From a virus (Duplodnaviria > Caudoviricetes): a stretch of DNA of 31,102 nt. The translations under genes were made by a program, and so were the position numbers. Within the stretch, counting starts at the first letter, position 1. Each line of letters begins with the position of its first letter. Under the pieces are notes generated by a model, which saw only the letters and a program-made list of their open reading frames with translations, was not told the origin of the DNA and made no database searches. The stretch is taken from IMG/VR virus record IMGVR_UViG_3300048578_000058, positions 1 to 31,102 of that record; one strand, 5' to 3'. Shown here piece after piece: positions 24,903-31,102 of this stretch.

Positions 24903-26551
24903 GCGATCCGCTTACCGCACACGTCACGCTGACCACCGGCGAGACCTGGCGCATCTCCGACGACGAGGCGCGCACCGAGGATCAGCTCGTCGACATCGAC
25001 TTCAGCACGCAGATCCCCGGCGGCGACGGGTCCGCGACGATCACAATCCCGCGTCCCGCCGACTTCGAGGACGACTCCCGCCTGCGGCTCGCACGTGTGG
25101 AGGTTGTGGATGCCGCGGACGACTCCGTCTACTTCGGGCGCGTCGCGTCGGTCCCGCAGGCCGACCAGGACCGGATTCAGCTCGCCTGTGAGGGCCTGGT
25201 CGCCGGCCTCGCGGACAACGAGGCGTTCCGCAAGCTCTACGTGCACCAGAACTTCAACGATTGGGTTGGGCCGAGCACGGCCTACCAACTGGCGTCGGCT
25301 GGGACTTACTCGGTCAGCGGTCCGGAAGTCTCCCCAGACGACCAGACGGGAGCGCCGGCGCTGGTCATTCGCGCCGAGTCGCCGTGGGTCTCCACCGGGA
25401 AGCCGCATCCAATGGGTGTCTTCGCATCTCCGGTGCCGCTCAAGAGCGTCTACTACGCATGGAAAAAGAGCTCGACGATCAACGCGGGGGACGGGGACTG
25501 GCACTGGAGTGTGATCGCGGAGCCCACCGATGCCACTTGGACCGGGGGATACGACTCGTCAGGAGAGCTTCGCGCGGCAGGCCCGGACTCGGACATCCTC
25601 GAGATCACGGATCCGGATAACCGTTACGTGCGCGTCGCGCTCTACTACTCCAATGCGCCGAGCACTGCGGACGGCGAGGTCTACATGATCCTCTTCACCG
25701 CGCTCGCGCTCTATGGCTCGGACATCGAGGTCCAGGGCGGCGGCACCACAACCCTCGGACCCGGAGTCCTCGGCTCCGACGTGATCGCCGACGCGATCCG
25801 CGACGGGGCGCCCGGAGTCGAGGTCGACGAATCGCTGATCGAGACTTCGGCCTTCCCGATCTACCACTTGGCCTTCCTCGACCCGACGACCGTTCAGGCC
25901 GTGATCGAAGAGGTCACCAAATACGGCGGCGCGGGCTTCGACAGGCCCGATTGGGGCGTCTACGGCGGCAAGTTCTTCTGGCTCTCGCCGGGCACCTACG
26001 GCACGACGTGGGTGGTCAGCAAGTCGGAGACGGCCGATCCGATCGGCGAGGGGCCGGAATCAACTGACTGCTGGGCCGGGGCGTTCGTCACCTACCGCGA
26101 CGGCGCGGGTCAGACATTCACGGCCGGGCCGGTCGGATCGGGGGCGGACTACGAGACAGACGACCTGCTCGACTCCGACCCCGACAACCCGGCTCTCGCG
26201 CTCGACAAGCGCTGGAAGACCGTCGACGCCGGAGTCAACTCTCAGGAGGGCGCGGTCTTCGCCGGCCAGGTCGCGCTCAGGGAGGCCAACCGCAAGGACT
26301 GGCGAGGCTCGATCGAGATCGAGGGGACCGTGCGCGACCTGTCCGGCAAGGAGTTTCCGGCGCGCAAGGTCAAGGCCGGAGACCAGGTGATCGTCGAGGA
26401 CGACGTCGACCGCGGCGCGCTGCCGATCTCGCAGACCGCTTACACGCACCGCGACAAGCGCAACAAGGTCTCGATCGGCGCCGAGCCGCACCAGCTCGAC
26501 GTGCTGCTGGCGCAGCTCGCGATGGCCGGCTCGAGCGTGGGGGTCGGATAG
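24899..26551 (+). CDS. Baseplate hub (Tal-like) / minor tail protein, 550 aa
   Basis: ATGA overlap at 24899. FSTQIPGG..ATITI, YFGRV, VKAGDQV..I..T.Y pattern; second gene after the tape measure. Confidence 0.7.
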   Translation: MSDPLTAHVTLTTGETWRISDDEARTEDQLVDIDFSTQIPGGDGSATITIPRPADFEDDSRLRLARVEVVDAADDSVYFGRVASVPQADQDRIQLACEGLVAGLADNEAFRKLYVHQNFNDWVGPSTAYQLASAGTYSVSGPEVSPDDQTGAPALVIRAESPWVSTGKPHPMGVFASPVPLKSVYYAWKKSSTINAGDGDWHWSVIAEPTDATWTGGYDSSGELRAAGPDSDILEITDPDNRYVRVALYYSNAPSTADGEVYMILFTALALYGSDIEVQGGGTTTLGPGVLGSDVIADAIRDGAPGVEVDESLIETSAFPIYHLAFLDPTTVQAVIEEVTKYGGAGFDRPDWGVYGGKFFWLSPGTYGTTWVVSKSETADPIGEGPESTDCWAGAFVTYRDGAGQTFTAGPVGSGADYETDDLLDSDPDNPALALDKRWKTVDAGVNSQEGAVFAGQVALREANRKDWRGSIEIEGTVRDLSGKEFPARKVKAGDQVIVEDDVDRGALPISQTAYTHRDKRNKVSIGAEPHQLDVLLAQLAMAGSSVGVG

Positions 26552-26556
26552 AGAAG

Positions 26557-26591
26557 GCCCGCCCTCGGTGGTCGAAACACCGAGGACGGGC
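26557..26591. promoter_or_regulatory. Stem-loop between the tail and lysis modules
   Basis: GCCCG-C-CCTCGGTG / GTCGAAA / CACCGAGG-A-CGGGC inverted repeat with one mismatch. Confidence 0.6.
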
Positions 26592-26671
26592 GCAATGCCA
26601 GCGACGAAAGGACCGTCGATGACACTACGGAGTATTGCGGAAGGCGGGCGAGCATGCAGGAACGTGAGCCG

Positions 26672-26920
26672 ATGAGCGCGCACGAGAGCATCTGGACGGC
26701 GATCAACGAGCTGCGCGAGAAGTTCGACGCGCGCCTGCGCCGCCTCGAGTACGCCGTGATCGGCCTGATCTTCATCACCGCGAGCCCCAAGGTCGGCGGA
26801 CCCTCAGCGCAGCAGATTCTTTCGACCGCCGTGCACACGCTCGGCGTCGCAGGCTCGGCCCTCGTGGGCGCGGTCATCTCGTTCGTCGGGCTGGTCTTCG
26901 CGCTCCGCGGCCACCTCTAA
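26672..26920 (+). CDS. Small membrane protein, holin-like (start 26672 or 26654)
   Basis: Two hydrophobic segments (YAVIGLIFITA; LGVAGSALVGAVISFVGLVFAL); immediately upstream of the endolysin. Confidence 0.55.
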   Translation: MSAHESIWTAINELREKFDARLRRLEYAVIGLIFITASPKVGGPSAQQILSTAVHTLGVAGSALVGAVISFVGLVFALRGHL

Positions 26921-26952
26921 ACCACTACCTGCCCTGCGGGGCGGAGGAAGCC

Positions 26953-27978
26953 ATGAGCATCCCAGCGAGCTGGCGGCCGTGGATCGCGATCATCTGCGCG
27001 GTCATCGCGGCGGCCACAGGAGTCGTCGTCACGGTCACGGACGGCGGCAACAACACGATCTCGATCACAGTCCAGGGTCCCGCGGGCCCGACGACCGTCG
27101 TCACCACGCCCGAGGCCAAGGCCGATGCTGTGGCGAGCGCGACCCATGAGAACGCGCGCGACGAGTCGCCGGCGGCCGCGCCGGCGTCGGAGCTTGACGC
27201 GGCCCGCGCGCAGCAGGCGCGGCTCGCCGCGAAGGACCGGCTGCCGGCCACGCTGCCCGACGCCGCACCCTCGCAGGCAGGTTGCCGGTCGCGCTTCGTG
27301 CGCAACTACTCGAGCCGCAACGGCGTCCGCCCGCGCCTGCTCGTCATGCACTACACGGTCAGCAGGAACGCCCCCGGCTTCACTGACGTCAACGCGATCA
27401 CGCAGCTCTTCAACCAGCCCGCCTTCGCCGCGAGCTCCAACTACGTGATCGACCGCGACGGCAATTGCAACTACATCGTCCGCGAGGGCGACAAGGCGTG
27501 GACTCAGGCCGCCGGAAACCCGGTGTCGATCTCGTGGGAGATCGTGAACATGGGGCAGGGCGACGGCCCGCTGTTCTCGGCAGGCGGCCTCAAGAAGATG
27601 GCCCGCATCGTCTCCGACTCCGCGAGGCGATGGCACATCCCGATCCAGCGCGGCAGCGTCTCCGGCTGCGTGGTCGTCCGCCCCGGCATCATCGACCACC
27701 GGACCTTCGGCGCCTGCGGCGGCAACCACAACGACATCTTCCCGTACAGCGTGAGCAAGATCATCGCCGCGGTGCAGGCCTATCGCTCCGAGATCCAGCG
27801 CAAGGTCATCTACCCGCGCGTCAAGAACTTCGGTCGGAAGCGCCGCGCCTGGTGCGACCGCCTCGCGCTCGTCCGCCTGCACGCCAAGCGCTCCGGCTGG
27901 ACAGAGCGGCGCGTCACGGCCGCCGAGCGCTACAAGGCCCTGATCGGCCCCGGGCAGTGGAAGTGCAGGTTCTCGTGA
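26953..27978 (+). CDS. Endolysin, N-acetylmuramoyl-L-alanine amidase (Amidase_2) with N-terminal hydrophobic segment
   Basis: RBS GGAGG. LVMHYT, ASSNYVIDRDG, KAWTQ..N..SISWE, IIDH...HND motifs. Confidence 0.88.
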   Translation: MSIPASWRPWIAIICAVIAAATGVVVTVTDGGNNTISITVQGPAGPTTVVTTPEAKADAVASATHENARDESPAAAPASELDAARAQQARLAAKDRLPATLPDAAPSQAGCRSRFVRNYSSRNGVRPRLLVMHYTVSRNAPGFTDVNAITQLFNQPAFAASSNYVIDRDGNCNYIVREGDKAWTQAAGNPVSISWEIVNMGQGDGPLFSAGGLKKMARIVSDSARRWHIPIQRGSVSGCVVVRPGIIDHRTFGACGGNHNDIFPYSVSKIIAAVQAYRSEIQRKVIYPRVKNFGRKRRAWCDRLALVRLHAKRSGWTERRVTAAERYKALIGPGQWKCRFS

Positions 27979-28196
27979 GGACCTGCGCACAGTGCGGTGA
28001 GCCGCTCGGCGCTCAGCGGCGATCTGACGCGATCTACTGCTCCGGAGCGTGCCGGACCCTCGCATCCAAGGTGCGGCGCGGCGTAAGCGCGGAGAAGCCG
28101 CACGGGAGGGCGCTCACGGTCCACGAGCAGATCCCCTGGGGCATTGTCGCCCTCGCGGCCGGCGTGGCGCTCGCGCTGGTGGCGGCGCCGGGCTAG
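27975..28196 (+). CDS. 73-aa protein with C4 zinc finger and C-terminal transmembrane helix
   Basis: GTGA overlap with the lysin stop. CAQC...YCSGAC, then WGIVALAAGVALALVAA. Confidence 0.6.
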   Translation: MRTCAQCGEPLGAQRRSDAIYCSGACRTLASKVRRGVSAEKPHGRALTVHEQIPWGIVALAAGVALALVAAPG

Positions 28197-28231
28197 CGGG
28201 TGGGCTGGAAACCCCTGGGCATGAGTAAGTG

Positions 28232-28266
28232 AGCCCTCGACCGTCTCTCGCGGTCGGGGGCTTTTT
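28232..28266 (+). terminator. Rho-independent terminator closing the late operon
   Basis: AGCCCTCGACCG-TCTCTCG-CGGTCGGGGGCT followed by T-run; lies between convergent genes. Confidence 0.85.
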
Positions 28267-28818
28267 CTATGGCGCTTTTCGCGTGTCGGGAATCCGCAGC
28301 AGATGACAAACGCGTCTGAAGGTTCGTCGCGAGAGGATCTGATAGAGCGGCTCGACCGTGCTCGCGGACACGTCGATGTATTCGAGGCGGCGGCCCCAGA
28401 GGCACTGTGAGTAGGCGTCGGCGAACCGCTCTTCGGTCGAATCGCCCGTCAGGTCCGTGCTGCTCCAGTCCGGTGAGTTATGCGTTGTCTCGACAAATCT
28501 CCGCCGCTTCCACTGCGGAAGGCCGGTCAGGAAGATGTGTCCGAGCTCGTGGCCGAAGTAGAACCGGCACGCTCGAGCGCAGCCGCTGGCGTCGATCCAG
28601 ATCTCAGTGAGGTTCGTGCAGGCGTCTGCCGGCCCACAAAGAGGATCGAGTTCCCTATGTATTACGACAGTGCGGTCTGGGGTCGGCACATGCGCCGACC
28701 CGACCCAGCCCTGGAAGGGCTGGGCTGGAGAGCCATCCGGATTGACAAGCACGACACCGCTGGAGCCGCTGGGAACGAGCGCGCACAGCGCAAAAGCGAT
28801 CACGAGCGAGCGCATCAT
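28267..28818 (-). CDS. Secreted zinc metalloprotease-like protein (signal peptide, HEXXH...E), 183 aa
   Basis: ATG at 28818 overlaps the stop of the upstream minus-strand gene. MMRSLVIAFALCALVPSGSSG signal-like N-terminus, FGHELGH, EERFADAY. Confidence 0.72.
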   Translation of the reverse strand: MMRSLVIAFALCALVPSGSSGVVLVNPDGSPAQPFQGWVGSAHVPTPDRTVVIHRELDPLCGPADACTNLTEIWIDASGCARACRFYFGHELGHIFLTGLPQWKRRRFVETTHNSPDWSSTDLTGDSTEERFADAYSQCLWGRRLEYIDVSASTVEPLYQILSRRTFRRVCHLLRIPDTRKAP

Positions 28819-29084
28819 CGCGCTCCCCCTGTCGACTTCACGACCCCGACGATCACAGAGATCACACCGACCAGCACAGCGATCCGCGCAAGCCGCGCCT
28901 CGTGGAAGCCGAGCCAAGCGATTGGCGCGACGATCAGGATCAGGATCAGCCCCCATCCGCCGAACTGCGAGGCCTGCTCGGCATCCCTCTGGCGCTTGAC
29001 CTCGGCTTCGAGCTCGCGCTGCCTGGCCGCCTGCTCGGAGATTGACGTCCCTTCGGGCGCCGGTTCGTGTGGAAAGTCGGTCAC
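28815..29084 (-). CDS. Small two-TM membrane protein, 89 aa
   Basis: GWGLILILIVAPIAWLG and IAVLVGVISVIVGVV hydrophobic segments; coupled to the downstream protease gene. Confidence 0.7.
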   Translation of the reverse strand: MTDFPHEPAPEGTSISEQAARQRELEAEVKRQRDAEQASQFGGWGLILILIVAPIAWLGFHEARLARIAVLVGVISVIVGVVKSTGGAR

Positions 29085-29160
29085 CCATTAATCCTACGTG
29101 CAAAACGGACTGCTTGCATCTGAAAATTTCTCCACAAAGTGAGATCGTTAGGTATAACGC
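29085..29160. promoter_or_regulatory. AT-richer intergenic region with probable divergent promoters
   Basis: Minus strand has TAGGAT 6 nt before the GTG at 29084 (leaderless-type spacing); plus strand has TATAAC at 29153-29158. Confidence 0.4.
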
Positions 29161-29190
29161 CTTATCGGCTCGCTCACCGCCGGCCGACGA

Positions 29191-29463
29191 TTGCTCACCA
29201 TGACCTGCGACCGCAGACAGATCGTCCGCGTGGCGATAGCCGCCCAACTCGCGGCGGCCGACGCGCACGACGAGAAGCTCTCCAGCGAGCTCCTCATGCT
29301 CGGCCCCGCCCTGGCTTCCGAGCTGACTGCTTCGCCTTCACCACAGCACTGCGCGCGCTGCCCTGTCTGGCTTGAGTGCCAGAACCTGTACGCGGAAGTC
29401 GACTCACTGCAGGAGCCGGGAGAGGTGATCCCCCTTCCGCTGCATCGCGCCGACGCTCAATAG
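29191..29463 (+). CDS. Hypothetical protein with CxxCPVxxxC motif (start 29191 or 29200)
   Basis: 90-aa ORF downstream of a TATAAC box; overlaps the repressor 3' end in antisense. Confidence 0.45.
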   Translation: MLTMTCDRRQIVRVAIAAQLAAADAHDEKLSSELLMLGPALASELTASPSPQHCARCPVWLECQNLYAEVDSLQEPGEVIPLPLHRADAQ

Positions 29464-29803
29464 CGGCGGCCAGCTGGTCGGCGGTGGAGAAGAGCTCGAG
29501 CACCGCGGCGAGCTGCTCGTGCATCTCGGCGATCTCGGCGCGGAGCGCGCTGACCTGGTCGGTCAGCCTCGGCGCCTCCTCTTCCGAGGGGTCCTCGTCA
29601 TGCGCCAGTTCGGCTGGGTCGATCCCGTAGACGTCAGCGGCCGACTCGAGATTCTCCCAGCGGGGTAGCACCTCGCCCTTCTCCCATCTGGTCAGCTGCC
29701 GCTCGGAGATACCGATGCGCAGCGCCGCCCTGGCCTTCGGCAGGTGCACGCGTTCGCGAGCGAGCCGGAGATTCGGCCCAACGACGTCTTTGTTCAGCCC
29801 CAT
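29294..29803 (-). CDS. Immunity repressor, XRE/cI-like HTH (start 29803, alternative 29836)
   Basis: GPNLRLARER...AALRIGISERQLTRWEKGEVLPRWENLESAADVYGI is a full HTH_3 domain, followed by a coiled-coil; divergent from a second HTH gene. Confidence 0.85.
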   Translation of the reverse strand: MGLNKDVVGPNLRLARERVHLPKARAALRIGISERQLTRWEKGEVLPRWENLESAADVYGIDPAELAHDEDPSEEEAPRLTDQVSALRAEIAEMHEQLAAVLELFSTADQLAAAIERRRDAAEGGSPLPAPAVSRLPRTGSGTQARQGSARSAVVKAKQSARKPGRGRA

Positions 29804-29914
29804 CTGTAGACCGAACGTAGACAACTTTTCGTGCATTTTGCGGGAATCTTCGGGGAACAAAAAGGTCCGTCCTTTCAAGTCAGTATAAAGTCCTGTATAA
29901 GTCTTGTGGGAAAA
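29804..29914. promoter_or_regulatory. Lysis-lysogeny switch region (divergent promoters and operators)
   Basis: AT-rich gap between two divergent HTH genes, with two GTATAA boxes and short direct repeats. Confidence 0.7.
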
Positions 29915-30142
29915 ATGATCGAGAATCCGACAACCGACAACTTCGCCGCAACGCTCGACCTGATCCAGGCCCGCGAGGCATGGTCCAACGAACGTCTGGC
30001 CGACGAGCTTGAGATCACGACTCGCCAGCTCCAGCGATGGAGGAATGGTGAGGCGCGTCCGCCGGTGCAACGCGCCGCGCGACTGGCGCAGAAGTTCGGC
30101 ATGACGGTCGGCGAGTTCCTCGGTCTGGAGGTGGCGCCGTGA
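29915..30142 (+). CDS. Cro-like XRE HTH regulator, 75 aa (alternative GTG start 29906)
   Basis: WSNERLADELEITTRQLQRWRNGEARP..RAARLAQKFGMTVGEFL. Confidence 0.85.
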   Translation: MIENPTTDNFAATLDLIQAREAWSNERLADELEITTRQLQRWRNGEARPPVQRAARLAQKFGMTVGEFLGLEVAP

Positions 30143-30348
30143 TCGCCCTCCTCGAGACGGTCCTCACCGCACTCCTCCCGCTCATCTACTTCGCCGGCGC
30201 CGTCCTGATCGCGATCGGCTGCCGCATGAGCTTCGCCACAGCGTCCGAGTCTCTGGCGAAGAGGCGCCACCGCTGCCAGGCGCCCAACACCCGGCCGGCA
30301 AGGGCAAGGCACGCATCGTGCCGGCCGGGTGGAACTTGCCGTACCTGA
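30139..30348 (+). CDS. Small hypothetical membrane protein, 69 aa
   Basis: RBS GGAGGT and GTGA overlap; hydrophobic N-terminal half, basic tail. Confidence 0.55.
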   Translation: MIALLETVLTALLPLIYFAGAVLIAIGCRMSFATASESLAKRRHRCQAPNTRPARARHASCRPGGTCRT

Positions 30349-30372
30349 ACACCGACCGAAAGGCCAACCCCT

Positions 30373-30690
30373 ATGGCTACAACCCAATCACTCTCAATCT
30401 CTGGCCGGGCCGAGGCCTTCAAGCACTCCGGCTCCGTTTACGTCGGGGACCTCGAGGCCGACGAAGTGATCGCCCTCGCGGTGGAGCTCCGCATCCCCGT
30501 CGACAAGATCCACCTCGAGGGGGGGCGGCTGATCAACGACGAGCACGCCCTAACGCTCACGCCCGCCTGCTCGCTCACCCGTGAGCAGGTGATCCAGGAG
30601 GGCCACTCGATCGGCTGCCATGAGTGCGGACAGTCGGTCGTGCGGCACCGCTCCGAGCGGGACCCGGTCGTGATCGGGGAGGCCGCGTGA
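30373..30690 (+). CDS. Hypothetical early protein, 105 aa
   Basis: RBS GAAAGG before ATG; CHEC motif; ends GEAA, carrying the GGAGG RBS of the next gene. Confidence 0.65.
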   Translation: MATTQSLSISGRAEAFKHSGSVYVGDLEADEVIALAVELRIPVDKIHLEGGRLINDEHALTLTPACSLTREQVIQEGHSIGCHECGQSVVRHRSERDPVVIGEAA

Positions 30691-31102
30691 TGGGCTGCAC
30701 GTCCACCCCATCGCAGGGGGCCGAAGGGCCGTACCGCGTCTACGAAGTTGAGCCCGACGTATGGGCGATCACCGGACCGACGATCAACGGCCGGCGCACC
30801 GCCGACGAGGAAACATCGCGGTTCGACTGCGAAGAACTGAACGCCGCATACGCCCACGCCGCAGCCTCCACGCCCCGCGAGGGGGGCGATGGGCCGTACC
30901 GGGCGGAGAAGGACGGGCCTGTGCATTCTGTCGTCGGTCCAGCGGGAACCTTCGTCTTCGATTGGGACAGCAACGAGCGAACCGAGTTCTTCGCGCGCGC
31001 CATGAACATGGCCCACGCCGCAGCCTCCACACCCCGCGAGGGGGCCGGGGGGCCGTACAAGGTCGGTGACGCGCTCGCAGAAAGTCCTCACCCCATGACG
31101 AT
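30687..31102 (+). CDS. Hypothetical tandem-module protein, 3' end outside the window (absent from the ORF track because it has no stop here)
   Basis: RBS GGGGAGG, GTG/ATG at 30687/30690; frame is open to the window end: MGCTSTPSQGAEGPYRVYEVEPDVWAITGP...AHAAASTPREGGDGPYRAE...AHAAASTPREGAGGPYKVG. Confidence 0.7.
   Translation, partial: MMGCTSTPSQGAEGPYRVYEVEPDVWAITGPTINGRRTADEETSRFDCEELNAAYAHAAASTPREGGDGPYRAEKDGPVHSVVGPAGTFVFDWDSNERTEFFARAMNMAHAAASTPREGAGGPYKVGDALAESPHPMT
30852..31058 (+). repeat. 48-bp direct repeat (30852-30899 and 31011-31058), with a degenerate partial copy at 30701-30734
   Basis: GCCCACGCCGCAGCCTCCAC(G/A)CCCCGCGAGGGGG...GGGCCGTAC, 44 of 48 positions identical by manual alignment. 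Confidence 0.9.

Larger units (their letters stand above)
1..31102. mobile_element. Temperate siphovirus genome segment (phage or prophage): packaging, head, tail, lysis and immunity modules
   Basis: Canonical order terminase-portal-scaffold-capsid-neck-tail tube-chaperone-tape measure-baseplate-lysin, followed by a divergent pair of XRE HTH genes. No att site or integrase in the window. Confidence 0.97.

Noticed and set aside
29191-29463. Calling this ORF whiB
   Set aside because: Only the CxxCPVxxxC core matches. The first Cys spacing and the G[VI]WGG turn are missing.
30701-31058. Repeat-spacer pattern resembling a CRISPR array
   Set aside because: Repeats are 48 bp, spacers about 110 bp, all in frame within one ORF, and there are no cas genes.

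Overview
High-GC temperate siphovirus (phage or prophage) segment; the gene families suggest an actinobacterial host, which is an inference. Almost all genes are on the + strand and many are coupled by ATGA/GTGA overlaps. Order: a fibre/tailspike-like block (1-4427, including a 925-aa beta-helix protein), HNH nuclease, HEXXH protein, HNH-AP2 endonuclease, terminase small and large subunits, portal, MuF-like protein, scaffold, major capsid, head-tail adaptor, then a ~4.8 kb cassette of six GT-A glycosyltransferases, one SAM methyltransferase and one small unknown gene (12519-17303) sitting inside the neck module. After that come head closure, tail terminator, HK97-gp10-like protein, major tail protein, tail chaperone with -1 frameshift, tape measure (with two putative cell-wall hydrolase domains), Dit- and Tal-like proteins, lysis genes and a terminator. 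The window ends with a leftward membrane protein plus secreted metalloprotease, a cI/cro-like switch and early genes. The most notable signal is a probable virion glycosylation system: the large glycosyltransferase cassette is co-transcribed with virion genes, and both the major capsid and major tail proteins end in serine. No integrase, tRNA, rRNA or CRISPR array was seen. All calls come from motif recognition by eye; no database searches were run.
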